Below are positions 44,780 through 54,170 of a stretch of 64,000 nucleotides of DNA, piece by piece. The notes under the pieces are model-generated. The model ran no database searches and had not been told where the DNA came from. It saw only the letters and a list, made by a program, of their open reading frames with translations. Source of the stretch: Bacteroidales bacterium. GTDB lineage: Bacteria > Bacteroidota > Bacteroidia > Bacteroidales > FEN-979. Both the position numbers and the translations under genes were made by a program. Each line of letters starts with the position of its first letter. Position 1 is the first letter of the stretch. Location: the NCBI GenBank assembly GCA_963682005.1, contig OY820914.1, forward strand, positions 4,964,979 through 5,028,978, read 5' to 3'.

Positions 44780-46537
44780 ATGAAAGGTTTCTTTAAATTC
44801 ATGTTTGCGTCGATGCTCGGCACATTCCTGACCATTGTCATCCTTCTTTTCATCATGTTCATGGTAATTGTTTCCGTTGTTTCTTTCAACCTGAGCAAGG
44901 AAGTAACTGTATCAGACAATTCACTTTTGCATGTGACACTTGACAAACCCATCTTTGACAGGTCCCCCAAACTTCCTTTCTTTGTTGATGAATCTTCCCG
45001 GATGGGCCTGAATGACATAATAAAGAATATCAGGAAAGCCAAGAATGATCCATCGATCAAAGGAATATACCTTGACATTAGCTATATTCCTGCAGGACTT
45101 GCTACCCTTGAGGAGATACGTGACGTATTGACCGACTTTAAAACGTCAGGCAAACCGGTTGTTTGTTACAGTGAATATTATGCGCAATCAGCTTATTATT
45201 TAGCGTCGGTAGCGGATAAAATCTATATTCAGCCCGAAGGTGCCATCCTGTTCAAGGGAATTAATGCAGAGATGTTCTTCCTGAAAGGTGCACTGGACAA
45301 GCTCGGGATCAAAATGCAGGTGATCCGTCATGGCAAGTTCAAAGCAGCAACCGAACCATTCTTCCTCGACAGGATGAGCCCTGAGAACAGAATCCAGGTG
45401 ACCGCGCTGATTAAAAATGAATGGAATAAAGTGCTGGAAGATATTTCCGTTTCCAGAAAGATCTCAGTATCCAGGCTTAACGAAATTGCTGACAGTCTTA
45501 ATGCCCAGGATCCGCAGGCTGCATTAAAGAATGGCCTGGTTGACCATATTGCATACAAAGATCAGTTTCTTTCAGATGTCAAGAAAATGATGAACCTGGC
45601 CGAGGATCAGGAAATAAGCATGGTGAGCCTGGAAAAATATTCAAGTGTCGTAACCAAACAGAAGACCAAAGCACTGGCTGCCGATCGAATTGCCATTATC
45701 TATGCCTCAGGGAATATTGTAGACGGGAATGGCAATGATCAATCCGTAGGTTCTGAGAAATTTGCTAAAGCCATTCGGAAGGCCAGGAAAGACAGCAAGA
45801 TCAAAGCAATTGTCCTGCGGGTAAATTCCCCCGGAGGAAGCGCCCTCGCCTCGGATGTGATCTGGAGGGAGGTGTCATTGACCGCAAAAGAGAAACCAGT
45901 CGTTGCTTCTTTCGGAGATGTAGCGGCATCGGGGGGGTATTACATTTCATGTCCTTCCACGAAAATCATTGCAGAACCAACGACTATTACAGGATCAATA
46001 GGGGTATTCGGGGTTATTCCCGACATGAAAGGATTTTTTAATTCGAAACTTGGGATAACCTTCGATAATGCAAAAACGAATGCCAATTCCGATTACATTT
46101 CAATCACAGGGCCACTTTCAACATACCAGTCAATGAAACTGCAGGCTGAAATTGAGAAGATCTATTCTTCCTTTGTCTCCAAAGTCGCTGAAGGCAGGCA
46201 TTTATCAAAAGAAAAAGTCGACAGTATTGGCCAGGGGCGTGTCTGGAATGCAAAAGATGCAAAATCTATCGGACTTATCGATGATTTCGGAGGTCTTGAC
46301 AAAGCAGTAGAGATCGCTGCGGAACTCGCAAAAATCAAGGACTACAGGATCATCAACCTTCCCGAACAGAAAGATCCTTTTGAAGAATTCATCGATCAGG
46401 TCACAGGCAATGAAAGTTTTTCAAAAGTCCTTGAAAAGGAACTCGGTGAAGATTACCGTTATATAAGGTTATTACAGGAGCTTCGTGAAATGAAAGGCGT
46501 TCAGGCAAGAATGCCGTTTGAATTAATCCTTAATTAG
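44780..46537 (+). CDS. sppA: signal peptide peptidase SppA (67K type)
   Basis: N-terminal TM, duplicated ClpP-like domains, VNSPGGSALASD, AASGGYYIS. Confidence 0.9.
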   Translation: MKGFFKFMFASMLGTFLTIVILLFIMFMVIVSVVSFNLSKEVTVSDNSLLHVTLDKPIFDRSPKLPFFVDESSRMGLNDIIKNIRKAKNDPSIKGIYLDISYIPAGLATLEEIRDVLTDFKTSGKPVVCYSEYYAQSAYYLASVADKIYIQPEGAILFKGINAEMFFLKGALDKLGIKMQVIRHGKFKAATEPFFLDRMSPENRIQVTALIKNEWNKVLEDISVSRKISVSRLNEIADSLNAQDPQAALKNGLVDHIAYKDQFLSDVKKMMNLAEDQEISMVSLEKYSSVVTKQKTKALAADRIAIIYASGNIVDGNGNDQSVGSEKFAKAIRKARKDSKIKAIVLRVNSPGGSALASDVIWREVSLTAKEKPVVASFGDVAASGGYYISCPSTKIIAEPTTITGSIGVFGVIPDMKGFFNSKLGITFDNAKTNANSDYISITGPLSTYQSMKLQAEIEKIYSSFVSKVAEGRHLSKEKVDSIGQGRVWNAKDAKSIGLIDDFGGLDKAVEIAAELAKIKDYRIINLPEQKDPFEEFIDQVTGNESFSKVLEKELGEDYRYIRLLQELREMKGVQARMPFELILN

Positions 46538-46542
46538 GAAAA

Positions 46543-46583
46543 TAAAAAATGGCCTATCCGGGAACCCGAATAGGCCATTTTTG
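46543..46583. terminator. bidirectional terminator
   Basis: AATGGCCTAT (46548-46557) / ATAGGCCATT (46570-46579) flanked by A- and T-runs. Confidence 0.7.
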
Positions 46584-46631
46584 TAAGTTTCTTGGATTTA
46601 TTATCTCGCTCAGTATCTCAGCATCTAATTC

Positions 46632-47645
46632 CTACCGGATGGGGTATCTCTTGAAGATCTCTTCTGACTTCATCAGGATATCAACGTACTGCGCTCTTTT
46701 GTAAACAAAAGGATCTTTAAGCTGCTTTTTAGACAGTTTCCCCCGGAATTCATCAATAGTCTTATAGTTTTTGCTTTCCATCCATTGATCCAGATCATTC
46801 AGCATTTTCCCGATCTGGTCAGGTCCATGTTTATAAATGGTACTTACAACCTGTACACAATCGGCTCCGGCCAACAACATTTTCACCACATCTTCCCCTG
46901 TAAATATGCCGGTATTTGTACAAATGGATCCGCGGATCTCTCCATAGAGCAAACCGGCGAAACGCAATGCCAGCCTGTTATCCTCTTCGTTGCTCAGGTG
47001 ATATGGAAAATGATGTTCCTCCTTGTCAATATCAATATCAGGCTGGAAAAGGCGGTTAAATAATACGAATCCGTCTACTCCTTCATAATACATCACCTGG
47101 ATCAGGTTCAGTACATTTGTATAGAAGGGGCTCAGTTTGACACTTACAGGTATCTTCAGATTTTTCTTCACATGGTTGATCACGTCGAGCTGCTCATTGA
47201 TGATGCTTTTCTCTTCCTTCTTGAAATCGCCCGGCACTGCATAAAAATTAAGCTCAATGGCATTGACACCGGTTTGCTCGATTGCTTTGGCATATTCAAG
47301 CCAGGTTTCTTCAAAAATACAATTCAGACTGGCGATCACGGGGATATGAACGCTTTCAACAATTTTTCTCAGCCTCATCAAATGTTCCGTCGGACCTGCA
47401 TGTTCAATATCCGGGAAAAGGCTTATCATTTCAGCATGTCGTTCATTATACTGATTCAGTTCTTCTGATAACTGAAGCCGTTCCAATTCGATCTGCTCCT
47501 CAAAAAGTGTTTTGTAAACAATAGCCGCAGCGCCTGAATCCTCAAGCTTCTTTATTACATCCTGTTCCTTAACAAGATTACTTGCACCGACGATAATGGG
47601 GTTCTTCAGATTGAGTCCCATGTACTTTGTTGAAAGATCTGCCAT
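46632..47645 (-). CDS. dihydroorotate dehydrogenase-like protein (class 1 DHOD/PreA fold)
   Basis: YMGLNLKNPIIVGASNL, TIM-barrel flavoprotein pattern; sits next to PFOR. Confidence 0.65.
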   Translation of the reverse strand: MADLSTKYMGLNLKNPIIVGASNLVKEQDVIKKLEDSGAAAIVYKTLFEEQIELERLQLSEELNQYNERHAEMISLFPDIEHAGPTEHLMRLRKIVESVHIPVIASLNCIFEETWLEYAKAIEQTGVNAIELNFYAVPGDFKKEEKSIINEQLDVINHVKKNLKIPVSVKLSPFYTNVLNLIQVMYYEGVDGFVLFNRLFQPDIDIDKEEHHFPYHLSNEEDNRLALRFAGLLYGEIRGSICTNTGIFTGEDVVKMLLAGADCVQVVSTIYKHGPDQIGKMLNDLDQWMESKNYKTIDEFRGKLSKKQLKDPFVYKRAQYVDILMKSEEIFKRYPIR

Positions 47646-47696
47646 GTTGTTTTACTTTTTATGATATTACTTGGGTTAACAAAGTTATTCTTTTTT

Positions 47697-47768
47697 GATG
47701 CTGGATCCTGGATGCCGGATGCCGGATATTTTATCAATATTTTTATCTAGCATCCAGCATCCGGTATC
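47697..47768. repeat. oligomer-repeat hairpin: (CTGGATS)n arm, AT loop, (CATCCRG)n arm
   Basis: GATGCTGGATCCTGGATGCCGGATGCCGGATA ... TAGCATCCAGCATCCGGTATC; lies between the PFOR stop and the DHOD-like start. Confidence 0.8.
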
Positions 47769-47773
47769 TGAAA

Positions 47774-50700
47774 TCATTTCGAAAAATCCATCTCTGACAT
47801 CCGTTTGTAATTTTTCCATCTGTTGATAGCATTTACCTCCGCTGCTTTAAAAAGGATCTCAGCCTCCGCCGGGAACATTTTCTGCAGGGAAGTATAACGG
47901 ATCTCGCTGTTCAGGAATTCCTGGAATTTTGTCCAGTCGGGTTCTTTTGAATCGAGGAGGAACGGGTTCTTTCCTTCATGCATCAGCAGCGGATTGTAGC
48001 GGTATAATTGCCAGTAACCAGCCTGCACGGCACGATCCATTTCATCCTGGGTTTTACCCATTCCAAGCCTGATACCATGGTTAATACATGGAGCATAAGC
48101 GATGATCAGGGATGGACCATGATATGCTTCAGCTTCTTTCATTGCACGGAACAGCTGGCTGTTATTGGCTCCCATTGCAACCTGTGCGACATACACGTAT
48201 CCGTATGTCATGGCCATGGCACCAAGATCTTTCTTTCCAACTTTTTTCCCTGAAGCAGCAAATTTTGCTACTGCTCCTGCCGGAGTTGATTTAGAGGACT
48301 GTCCTCCTGTATTGGAATAAACTTCTGTATCAAGAACGAGAAGGTTGATATCTTCACCAGATGCAAGGACATGGTCAAGACCGCCATAGCCAATATCGTA
48401 GGCCCAACCGTCTCCGCCAATCACCCATACCGATTTCTTTACAAAATATTGCTTCAATAGGAGGAGTTCCTTTGCCAGGTCATTCTTTTCCTTTTCAAGC
48501 AAGGGGATCATCTTATCGGTTGCGAGCTTTGATTTCTCAGCATCATCCACTCCTTCGATCCATTCCTTGAAGGCGTCCAGGACTGCACTTGACATCAGGT
48601 TTTCCTTGATGGCTACCCGCATTTTCTGAACCATTCTTTTCCGAAGAACGTTAACGCCGGTGACCATTCCAAAGCCATATTCGGCATTGTCTTCAAAAAG
48701 TGAATTCGCCCAGGCCGGTCCTTGTCCATGCTCATTTGTGGTATACGGACTGTAAGGAGCTGTTCCTCCATAAATCGAAGAGCAACCGGTTGCATTGGCG
48801 ATCATCATCCGTTCACCAAATAATTGAGTAATGAGTTTGATATAAGGTGTTTCACCACAACCTCCGCAGGCACCCGAAAACTCAAACAAAGGCTTTACGA
48901 ACTGTGAATTTTTAAAAGTCTTTGAACGCGGGGCAACATCTGGTTTATATGTCACTTTATTGATAACGTAATCCCAATTTTTTGTTTCAACCATCTGTGT
49001 ACCCAGCGGTTTCATTTCAAGCGCTTTCACTTTTGCAGGGCAAACATCCACACAGTTTCCACAACCGGTGCAGTCAAGCACGCTTACCTGGATCCTGAAT
49101 TCAAGACCGGTAAGTTCTTTGCCGATTGCTTTCAGGGTAATCATATCTCCGGCAGCACTGGCTTTTTCTTTCTCATTAAGCAGGAATGGTCTGATCACTG
49201 CGTGAGGACAAACATAAGCACATTGATTGCACTGGATACAATTGCCCGGGATCCATTCTGGCACATTGACAGCAATTCCTCTCTTTTCAAGGACAGTAGT
49301 TCCGGCAGGAAATGTTCCATCTTCTCTACCCAGGAAGGCACTTACAGGGATGTCATCTCCTTTCATGTGGTTGACCTGGTCGAAGATCTGTTTGACAAAA
49401 TCCGATTTTGACGGATCATCAGCCTGAGGCTTTAGCTTGATCTTCGCCCATTCAGCTGGCACATCAATCTTTTCGGCCTCTCCTCCTCGGTCAATGGCCT
49501 GGTAATTCATCGTGACGATATCCTCGCCTTTACGGCCGTAAGTCTTATATACGGCATGTTTCATTTCCTTAACCGCGAGGTCAAATGGAATCACCTCTGA
49601 AACTTTAAAGAATGTTGATTGCATAATGCTGTTGGTCCTGTTCCCAAGGCCTATCTCTTCTGCAATCTTGGTCGCATCAATGATGTAGAAGTTGATCTTG
49701 TGCTCTGCCATGTACTTTTTCATGTGATCTGGCAGCCTCTTAACGGTTTCTTCCGCATTCCATATGCTGTTCAACAGGAAGGTTCCTCCATCTTTAAGCC
49801 CCTTCAACATATCATATTTCTCAAGGTAAGCCGGCACGTGACATGCAACAAAGTCAGGCGTATTGACAAGGTACGGAGAACGGATCGGCATATCTCCAAA
49901 ACGGAGGTGCGACACTGTAATCCCTCCTGATTTCTTTGAATCGTATGCAAAATAAGCCTGTGCATATTTATCGGTAGATTCGCCTATGATCTTGATCGAA
50001 TTCTTGTTTGCCCCAACCGTACCGTCAGATCCGATGCCATAGAATTTCCCCGAGAACGTTCCTTTTGGGTCGGTAACTATTTCCGGGATCAGCGGGAGTG
50101 AATGGAAAGTTACATCATCGATGATGCCAACCGTGAAATGATCTTTCGGCTCCTTCGCCTTCAGGTTGTTATAAACAGAAAGGATCTGTGCCGGAGTGGT
50201 ATCCTTTGAGCTAAGGCCGTATCTTCCGGCCAGGATCATTGGCCTTGAAGACCTGTCGTAGAAAATATCGCGGATATCGAGATAGAGGGGATCATTTGCT
50301 CCCGGCTCTTTTGTCCTGTCAAGAACAGCAATCCTTTTTACAGTGGCAGGAAGGACATTAAAGAAATATTTTGCGGAGAAAGGTCTGTAGAGGTGTACCG
50401 AGATCAAACCAACTTTTTCACCTTTTTCCTTGAGGTAATCGATCACTTCTTTGGTAGTATCAGTGATGGACCCCATGGCAACAATGATATTTTCAGCATC
50501 CGGTTCACCATAATATGTAAAGGGATGGTACTCTCTTCCCGTCAGTTTGGTGATTTCATTCATATATGCTTCAACAATATCAGGGATCGGTTCGTAAAAC
50601 CGGTTCACTGCTTCCTTTGCCTGGAAAAAGATATCGGGGTTCTGGGCTGTTCCGCGGGTCACGGGATGCTCAGGATTGAGCGCCCTGTCGCGGAATTCCT

Positions 50701-51307
50701 GCAAAGCCTTATAATCGATCAGCTTCTCCATATCCTCATTTTTAAAAGCTTCGATCTTTTGTATTTCATGAGAGGAACGGAACCCGTCGAAGAAATGCAG
50801 GAATGGAACTCTTGATTTTATTGCGCTGAGGTGAGCAATGCCTGCAAGGTCCATAATTTCCTGGATGCTTCCACTGGCCAGCATAGCGAAGCCGGTCTGA
50901 CGGGTTGCATAAACATCAGAATGGTCTCCGAAGATCGAAAGAGCATGCGCAGCGACAGTCCTGGCACTAACATGGAATACGGCAGGCAGAAGTTCACCGG
51001 CCATTTTGTACATATTGGGGATCATCAGCAAAAGACCCTGGGAAGCCGTAAACGTCGTTGTGAGCACACCCGCTTGCAGTGAACCATGAACAGCACCTGC
51101 GGCACCGGCTTCTGATTGCATCTCAACAACTTTCACTTCATCACCGAAAATATTTTTCCTGCCATGGGCAGCCCATTCATCAACATTTTCGGCCATATTT
51201 GAGGAAGGAGTGATCGGGTAAATAGCAGCTACTTCACTGAACATATAAGCCATATGTGAAGCTGCCTGGTTACCGTCGCATGTAAGAAAATTTACATTTT
51301 TTTTCAT
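47774..51307 (-). CDS. nifJ: pyruvate:ferredoxin (flavodoxin) oxidoreductase
   Basis: 1177 aa; two 4Fe-4S motifs CIQCNQCAYVCP and CTGCGNCVDVCP; TPP-domain GGDGWAYDIG. Confidence 0.95.
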   Translation of the reverse strand: MKKNVNFLTCDGNQAASHMAYMFSEVAAIYPITPSSNMAENVDEWAAHGRKNIFGDEVKVVEMQSEAGAAGAVHGSLQAGVLTTTFTASQGLLLMIPNMYKMAGELLPAVFHVSARTVAAHALSIFGDHSDVYATRQTGFAMLASGSIQEIMDLAGIAHLSAIKSRVPFLHFFDGFRSSHEIQKIEAFKNEDMEKLIDYKALQEFRDRALNPEHPVTRGTAQNPDIFFQAKEAVNRFYEPIPDIVEAYMNEITKLTGREYHPFTYYGEPDAENIIVAMGSITDTTKEVIDYLKEKGEKVGLISVHLYRPFSAKYFFNVLPATVKRIAVLDRTKEPGANDPLYLDIRDIFYDRSSRPMILAGRYGLSSKDTTPAQILSVYNNLKAKEPKDHFTVGIIDDVTFHSLPLIPEIVTDPKGTFSGKFYGIGSDGTVGANKNSIKIIGESTDKYAQAYFAYDSKKSGGITVSHLRFGDMPIRSPYLVNTPDFVACHVPAYLEKYDMLKGLKDGGTFLLNSIWNAEETVKRLPDHMKKYMAEHKINFYIIDATKIAEEIGLGNRTNSIMQSTFFKVSEVIPFDLAVKEMKHAVYKTYGRKGEDIVTMNYQAIDRGGEAEKIDVPAEWAKIKLKPQADDPSKSDFVKQIFDQVNHMKGDDIPVSAFLGREDGTFPAGTTVLEKRGIAVNVPEWIPGNCIQCNQCAYVCPHAVIRPFLLNEKEKASAAGDMITLKAIGKELTGLEFRIQVSVLDCTGCGNCVDVCPAKVKALEMKPLGTQMVETKNWDYVINKVTYKPDVAPRSKTFKNSQFVKPLFEFSGACGGCGETPYIKLITQLFGERMMIANATGCSSIYGGTAPYSPYTTNEHGQGPAWANSLFEDNAEYGFGMVTGVNVLRKRMVQKMRVAIKENLMSSAVLDAFKEWIEGVDDAEKSKLATDKMIPLLEKEKNDLAKELLLLKQYFVKKSVWVIGGDGWAYDIGYGGLDHVLASGEDINLLVLDTEVYSNTGGQSSKSTPAGAVAKFAASGKKVGKKDLGAMAMTYGYVYVAQVAMGANNSQLFRAMKEAEAYHGPSLIIAYAPCINHGIRLGMGKTQDEMDRAVQAGYWQLYRYNPLLMHEGKNPFLLDSKEPDWTKFQEFLNSEIRYTSLQKMFPAEAEILFKAAEVNAINRWKNYKRMSEMDFSK

Positions 51308-51600
51308 GTGTTATTATTTTAATTTTTAAGGACATATGTCTGCCGGTTGGCAGGCACGGAATATCCCAATGCAAATTATTCAGTTTGAGTGAAAAATTTA
51401 CACTGGATATTTCATAATATACTGATAGTTAAATACCTAAATATCTTTTTGTGAATCGGTTAACAAGCCGCAAAGGTACGATTTCTTTTCATAGCAGAAT
51501 AATTTTTTGCCATTAATTTATCTCGGAAGAGGCCTTGTTATCCAACTGACAAGGACAAGGGACTGGCATTCTTTAACGAACGGTGCTTCCTGTGAATTCA

Positions 51601-51608
51601 TACCTTTG
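51601..51608 (+). promoter_or_regulatory. Bacteroidota -7 box TACCTTTG
   Basis: TAnnTTTG(CA) 15 nt upstream of the mutS2 ATG. Confidence 0.5.
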
Positions 51609-51622
51609 CAAAAATATTCAAT

Positions 51623-53944
51623 ATGGTTTTTCCACCCAATTTTGAACAAAAACTCGGCTTTGACTCCATCCGCCACATCCTGACCGAAAATTGTCTTTGT
51701 CAGCTAGGCAGACAGTATATAAGCGAAATCAGTTTTTCCTCCGATAAAGAGTCCATTTCCTCATCGCTTTTGTTTACCGAGGAATTCCGCAAGGTTTTGT
51801 TGTTTGACGAAGGATTTCCATCGCAGGATTACTATGATATGGTGCAGGAGATCCTGCATATCCGTATTGAGGGAACCTATATGGAACCGGAACGTCTTTC
51901 GGAGCTGAAGCTTTCGCTAGCATCCATCTTTCAGATCATCTCATTCTTCAGGACAAGGTCTGCAGATAAGTATCCTGCATTATTTGCAAAAACTGAAAAC
52001 ATCATCATCGACCCTGCAATCCTGAAGAAGATCGAGAAGATCATTGATGACCGTTCCAATATAAGGGATGACGCATCTCCTGTCCTGAAAAAGATCAGGA
52101 AAGAAAAGGCATCCAAACTGGCCTCTGTGGAAAAAAAGATCGCACAGAGCCTCAAGGCTGCAAGCAAAGCCGGATGGACTCCGGACGATGCAGGAGTCAC
52201 CGTAAGGAACGGAAGGCTTGTGATTCCGTTGTTGGCAAAATTCAAGCGTCAGTTAAGTGGCTTTATTCATGACGAATCCTCAACGGGACAAACCGTATAT
52301 ATGGAACCAGCCGACGTCCTGGAAACGAACAATGAGATAAGAGAACTTGAATATGCAGAAAGACGGGAGATCATCCGGATTCTCATTGAGTTTGCAGACT
52401 TCCTGCGGCCTTTCTGCGATGATCTTCTGCATGCGTACCAGTTTCTTGGATTCATTGATTTTGTGCGTGCAAAAGCATTGTTCGCCATCAGTATTAATGG
52501 CTGCTACCCTTCAAAACTCCTGGATGCACCTTATATCTCCTGGAATGATGCCATCCATCCGTTATTGTACCTCTCCCATTCAAAACAGAACAAGCAGGTT
52601 GTTCCGATGACCTTGTCGCTGAACAGTGGAAACAGGATTCTTGTCATTTCCGGACCGAATGCCGGGGGGAAATCTGTTTGCCTGAAAACGGCGGGGTTGC
52701 TCCAGTATATGCTGCAGTGCGGACTACTCCCGTCCGCCAGGGAAGATTCCGAGTTCGGCATTTTTCATCATCTATTCGTAGATATCGGTGATGAACAGTC
52801 GCTGGAGAATGACCTCAGCACTTACACATCAAAGCTTTTGAACATGAAGTATTTCCTTGAAAACATGGATGCCCGGTCTTTATTCCTTATCGATGAATTC
52901 GGAACTGGTACTGATCCCGGCTTAGGCGGAGCCATGGCTGAAGCTGCACTTATCCGGTTTAATGAAATGAGAGGGTTTGGTGTTGTCACAACACATTATT
53001 CGAACCTGAAGCTCTTAGGAGGAAATGTTGAAGGGATCATAAATGGTGCGATGCTTTTCGATACCCGGAAGATGAAACCCCTCTACCAGCTTAAAACCGG
53101 AAAACCGGGAAGTTCATTTGCCTTTGAGATCGCAAACCAGATAGGCTTTCCGAAAGATGTTCTGAAAAAAGCTTCGGAGCTGACAGGCACCAGGCAGTTG
53201 GATTTTGACCGGCAGATCCAGGAAGTCGAGGTGGAAAAAAATGAATTGGCAAAAAAAACAATGGAAATGAAAGTGGCGGATGAATTCCTCGATGAGATTA
53301 TTAAAAAATACCAGAAGCAGACCGAAGAGCTGGAACGATCCAGGAAGGAGATCCTTGTGAAAGCCCGCGAAGATGCCATGAAATTATTCAATGACACCAA
53401 CCGTCTGATTGAAAAGACCATCAAGGAGATCAGGGAAAGTCAGGCAGATAAAGAAAAGACAAAAAAGCTCAGGGAAGAATTGAATGCTGAGAAGGAAAAG
53501 TTGCAGTTGATGACCGGAGGTCAGAAGTCAGAGGTCAGAAGTCAGCAGTCAACAAACTTAATCCCTTCGACTTCCGACCCCCGACCTCTGATCTCTGAGG
53601 CTAACAGCCAGCATCCAGCATCCGACATCCAGCATCCGGTATCCCGTCCTCCGACTCCCTACCAGGGTTATATAGACGACCTTCACCGTAAGCTGGCCGC
53701 ATTTGAAATGACCCTCGACCTGAGAGGCAACCGTGTGGATGAAGCATTATCCTTATTACAAAGGTATATTGATGATGCGATCATCCTTAACATTTCTGAG
53801 GTCCGGATACTTCATGGCAAGGGTAACGGAGTGCTCCGGCAGGTGACAAAAGATTATCTCAGGTCAGTAAAAGAAGTAAAAAGCCATCACGACGAGGCAC
53901 TGGAACGCGGCGGTCCGGGTGTGACCGTGGTTTCTTTTAAGTAG
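51623..53944 (+). CDS. mutS2: endonuclease MutS2 (Smr domain)
   Basis: Walker A GPNAGGKS, DEFGTGTDP, coiled-coil, C-terminal Smr LDLRGNRVDEAL..ILHGKGNGVLR. Confidence 0.93.
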   Translation: MVFPPNFEQKLGFDSIRHILTENCLCQLGRQYISEISFSSDKESISSSLLFTEEFRKVLLFDEGFPSQDYYDMVQEILHIRIEGTYMEPERLSELKLSLASIFQIISFFRTRSADKYPALFAKTENIIIDPAILKKIEKIIDDRSNIRDDASPVLKKIRKEKASKLASVEKKIAQSLKAASKAGWTPDDAGVTVRNGRLVIPLLAKFKRQLSGFIHDESSTGQTVYMEPADVLETNNEIRELEYAERREIIRILIEFADFLRPFCDDLLHAYQFLGFIDFVRAKALFAISINGCYPSKLLDAPYISWNDAIHPLLYLSHSKQNKQVVPMTLSLNSGNRILVISGPNAGGKSVCLKTAGLLQYMLQCGLLPSAREDSEFGIFHHLFVDIGDEQSLENDLSTYTSKLLNMKYFLENMDARSLFLIDEFGTGTDPGLGGAMAEAALIRFNEMRGFGVVTTHYSNLKLLGGNVEGIINGAMLFDTRKMKPLYQLKTGKPGSSFAFEIANQIGFPKDVLKKASELTGTRQLDFDRQIQEVEVEKNELAKKTMEMKVADEFLDEIIKKYQKQTEELERSRKEILVKAREDAMKLFNDTNRLIEKTIKEIRESQADKEKTKKLREELNAEKEKLQLMTGGQKSEVRSQQSTNLIPSTSDPRPLISEANSQHPASDIQHPVSRPPTPYQGYIDDLHRKLAAFEMTLDLRGNRVDEALSLLQRYIDDAIILNISEVRILHGKGNGVLRQVTKDYLRSVKEVKSHHDEALERGGPGVTVVSFK
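53517..53645 (+). repeat. oligomer-repeat element embedded in frame in mutS2
   Basis: GGTCAGAAGTCAGAGGTCAGAAGTCAG arm, GACTTCCGACCCCCGACCTCTGATC arm, then CAGCATCCAGCATCCGACATCCAGCATCCGGTATC. Encodes GGQKSEVRSQQS...HPASDIQHPVS. Confidence 0.8.
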
Positions 53945-53950
53945 TCCTTT

Positions 53951-54112
53951 AGCTATTGGGTTTTGGCCTTTGGCTTCTTTCATTGGAATCTTGATAACTG
54001 GAAATTTTCATTCCATCACTATCTACATTCAAGGAAACCAACACTAAAATCTACCAGGCTAAAAGCTAACAGCCAAAAGCCAATAGCCAAAAGCCAATAG
54101 CCAATAGCCAAT
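53951..54112. repeat. oligomer-repeat inverted arms (TTGGSYTT / AGCCAAW) with an ~80-nt spacer
   Basis: AGCTATTGGGTTTTGGCCTTTGGCTTC (53951-53977) vs GGCTAAAAGCTAACAGCCAAAAGCCAATAGCCAAAAGCCAATAGCCAATAGCCAAT (54057-54112). Confidence 0.8.
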
Positions 54113-54140
54113 TTAGTTTGTATTTTAATAATTTGAATTG

Positions 54141-54148
54141 TACCTTTG
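54141..54148 (+). promoter_or_regulatory. Bacteroidota -7 box TACCTTTG
   Basis: TAnnTTTG(CA) 23 nt upstream of the ATG at 54171. Confidence 0.5.
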
Positions 54149-54170
54149 CACGTTTTTGAAAAATTGATTT

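Noticed and set aside
44665-45078. 137-aa minus-strand ORF overlapping the sppA start
   Set aside because: It overlaps the sppA promoter and N-terminus in antisense. Its composition mirrors sppA codons.
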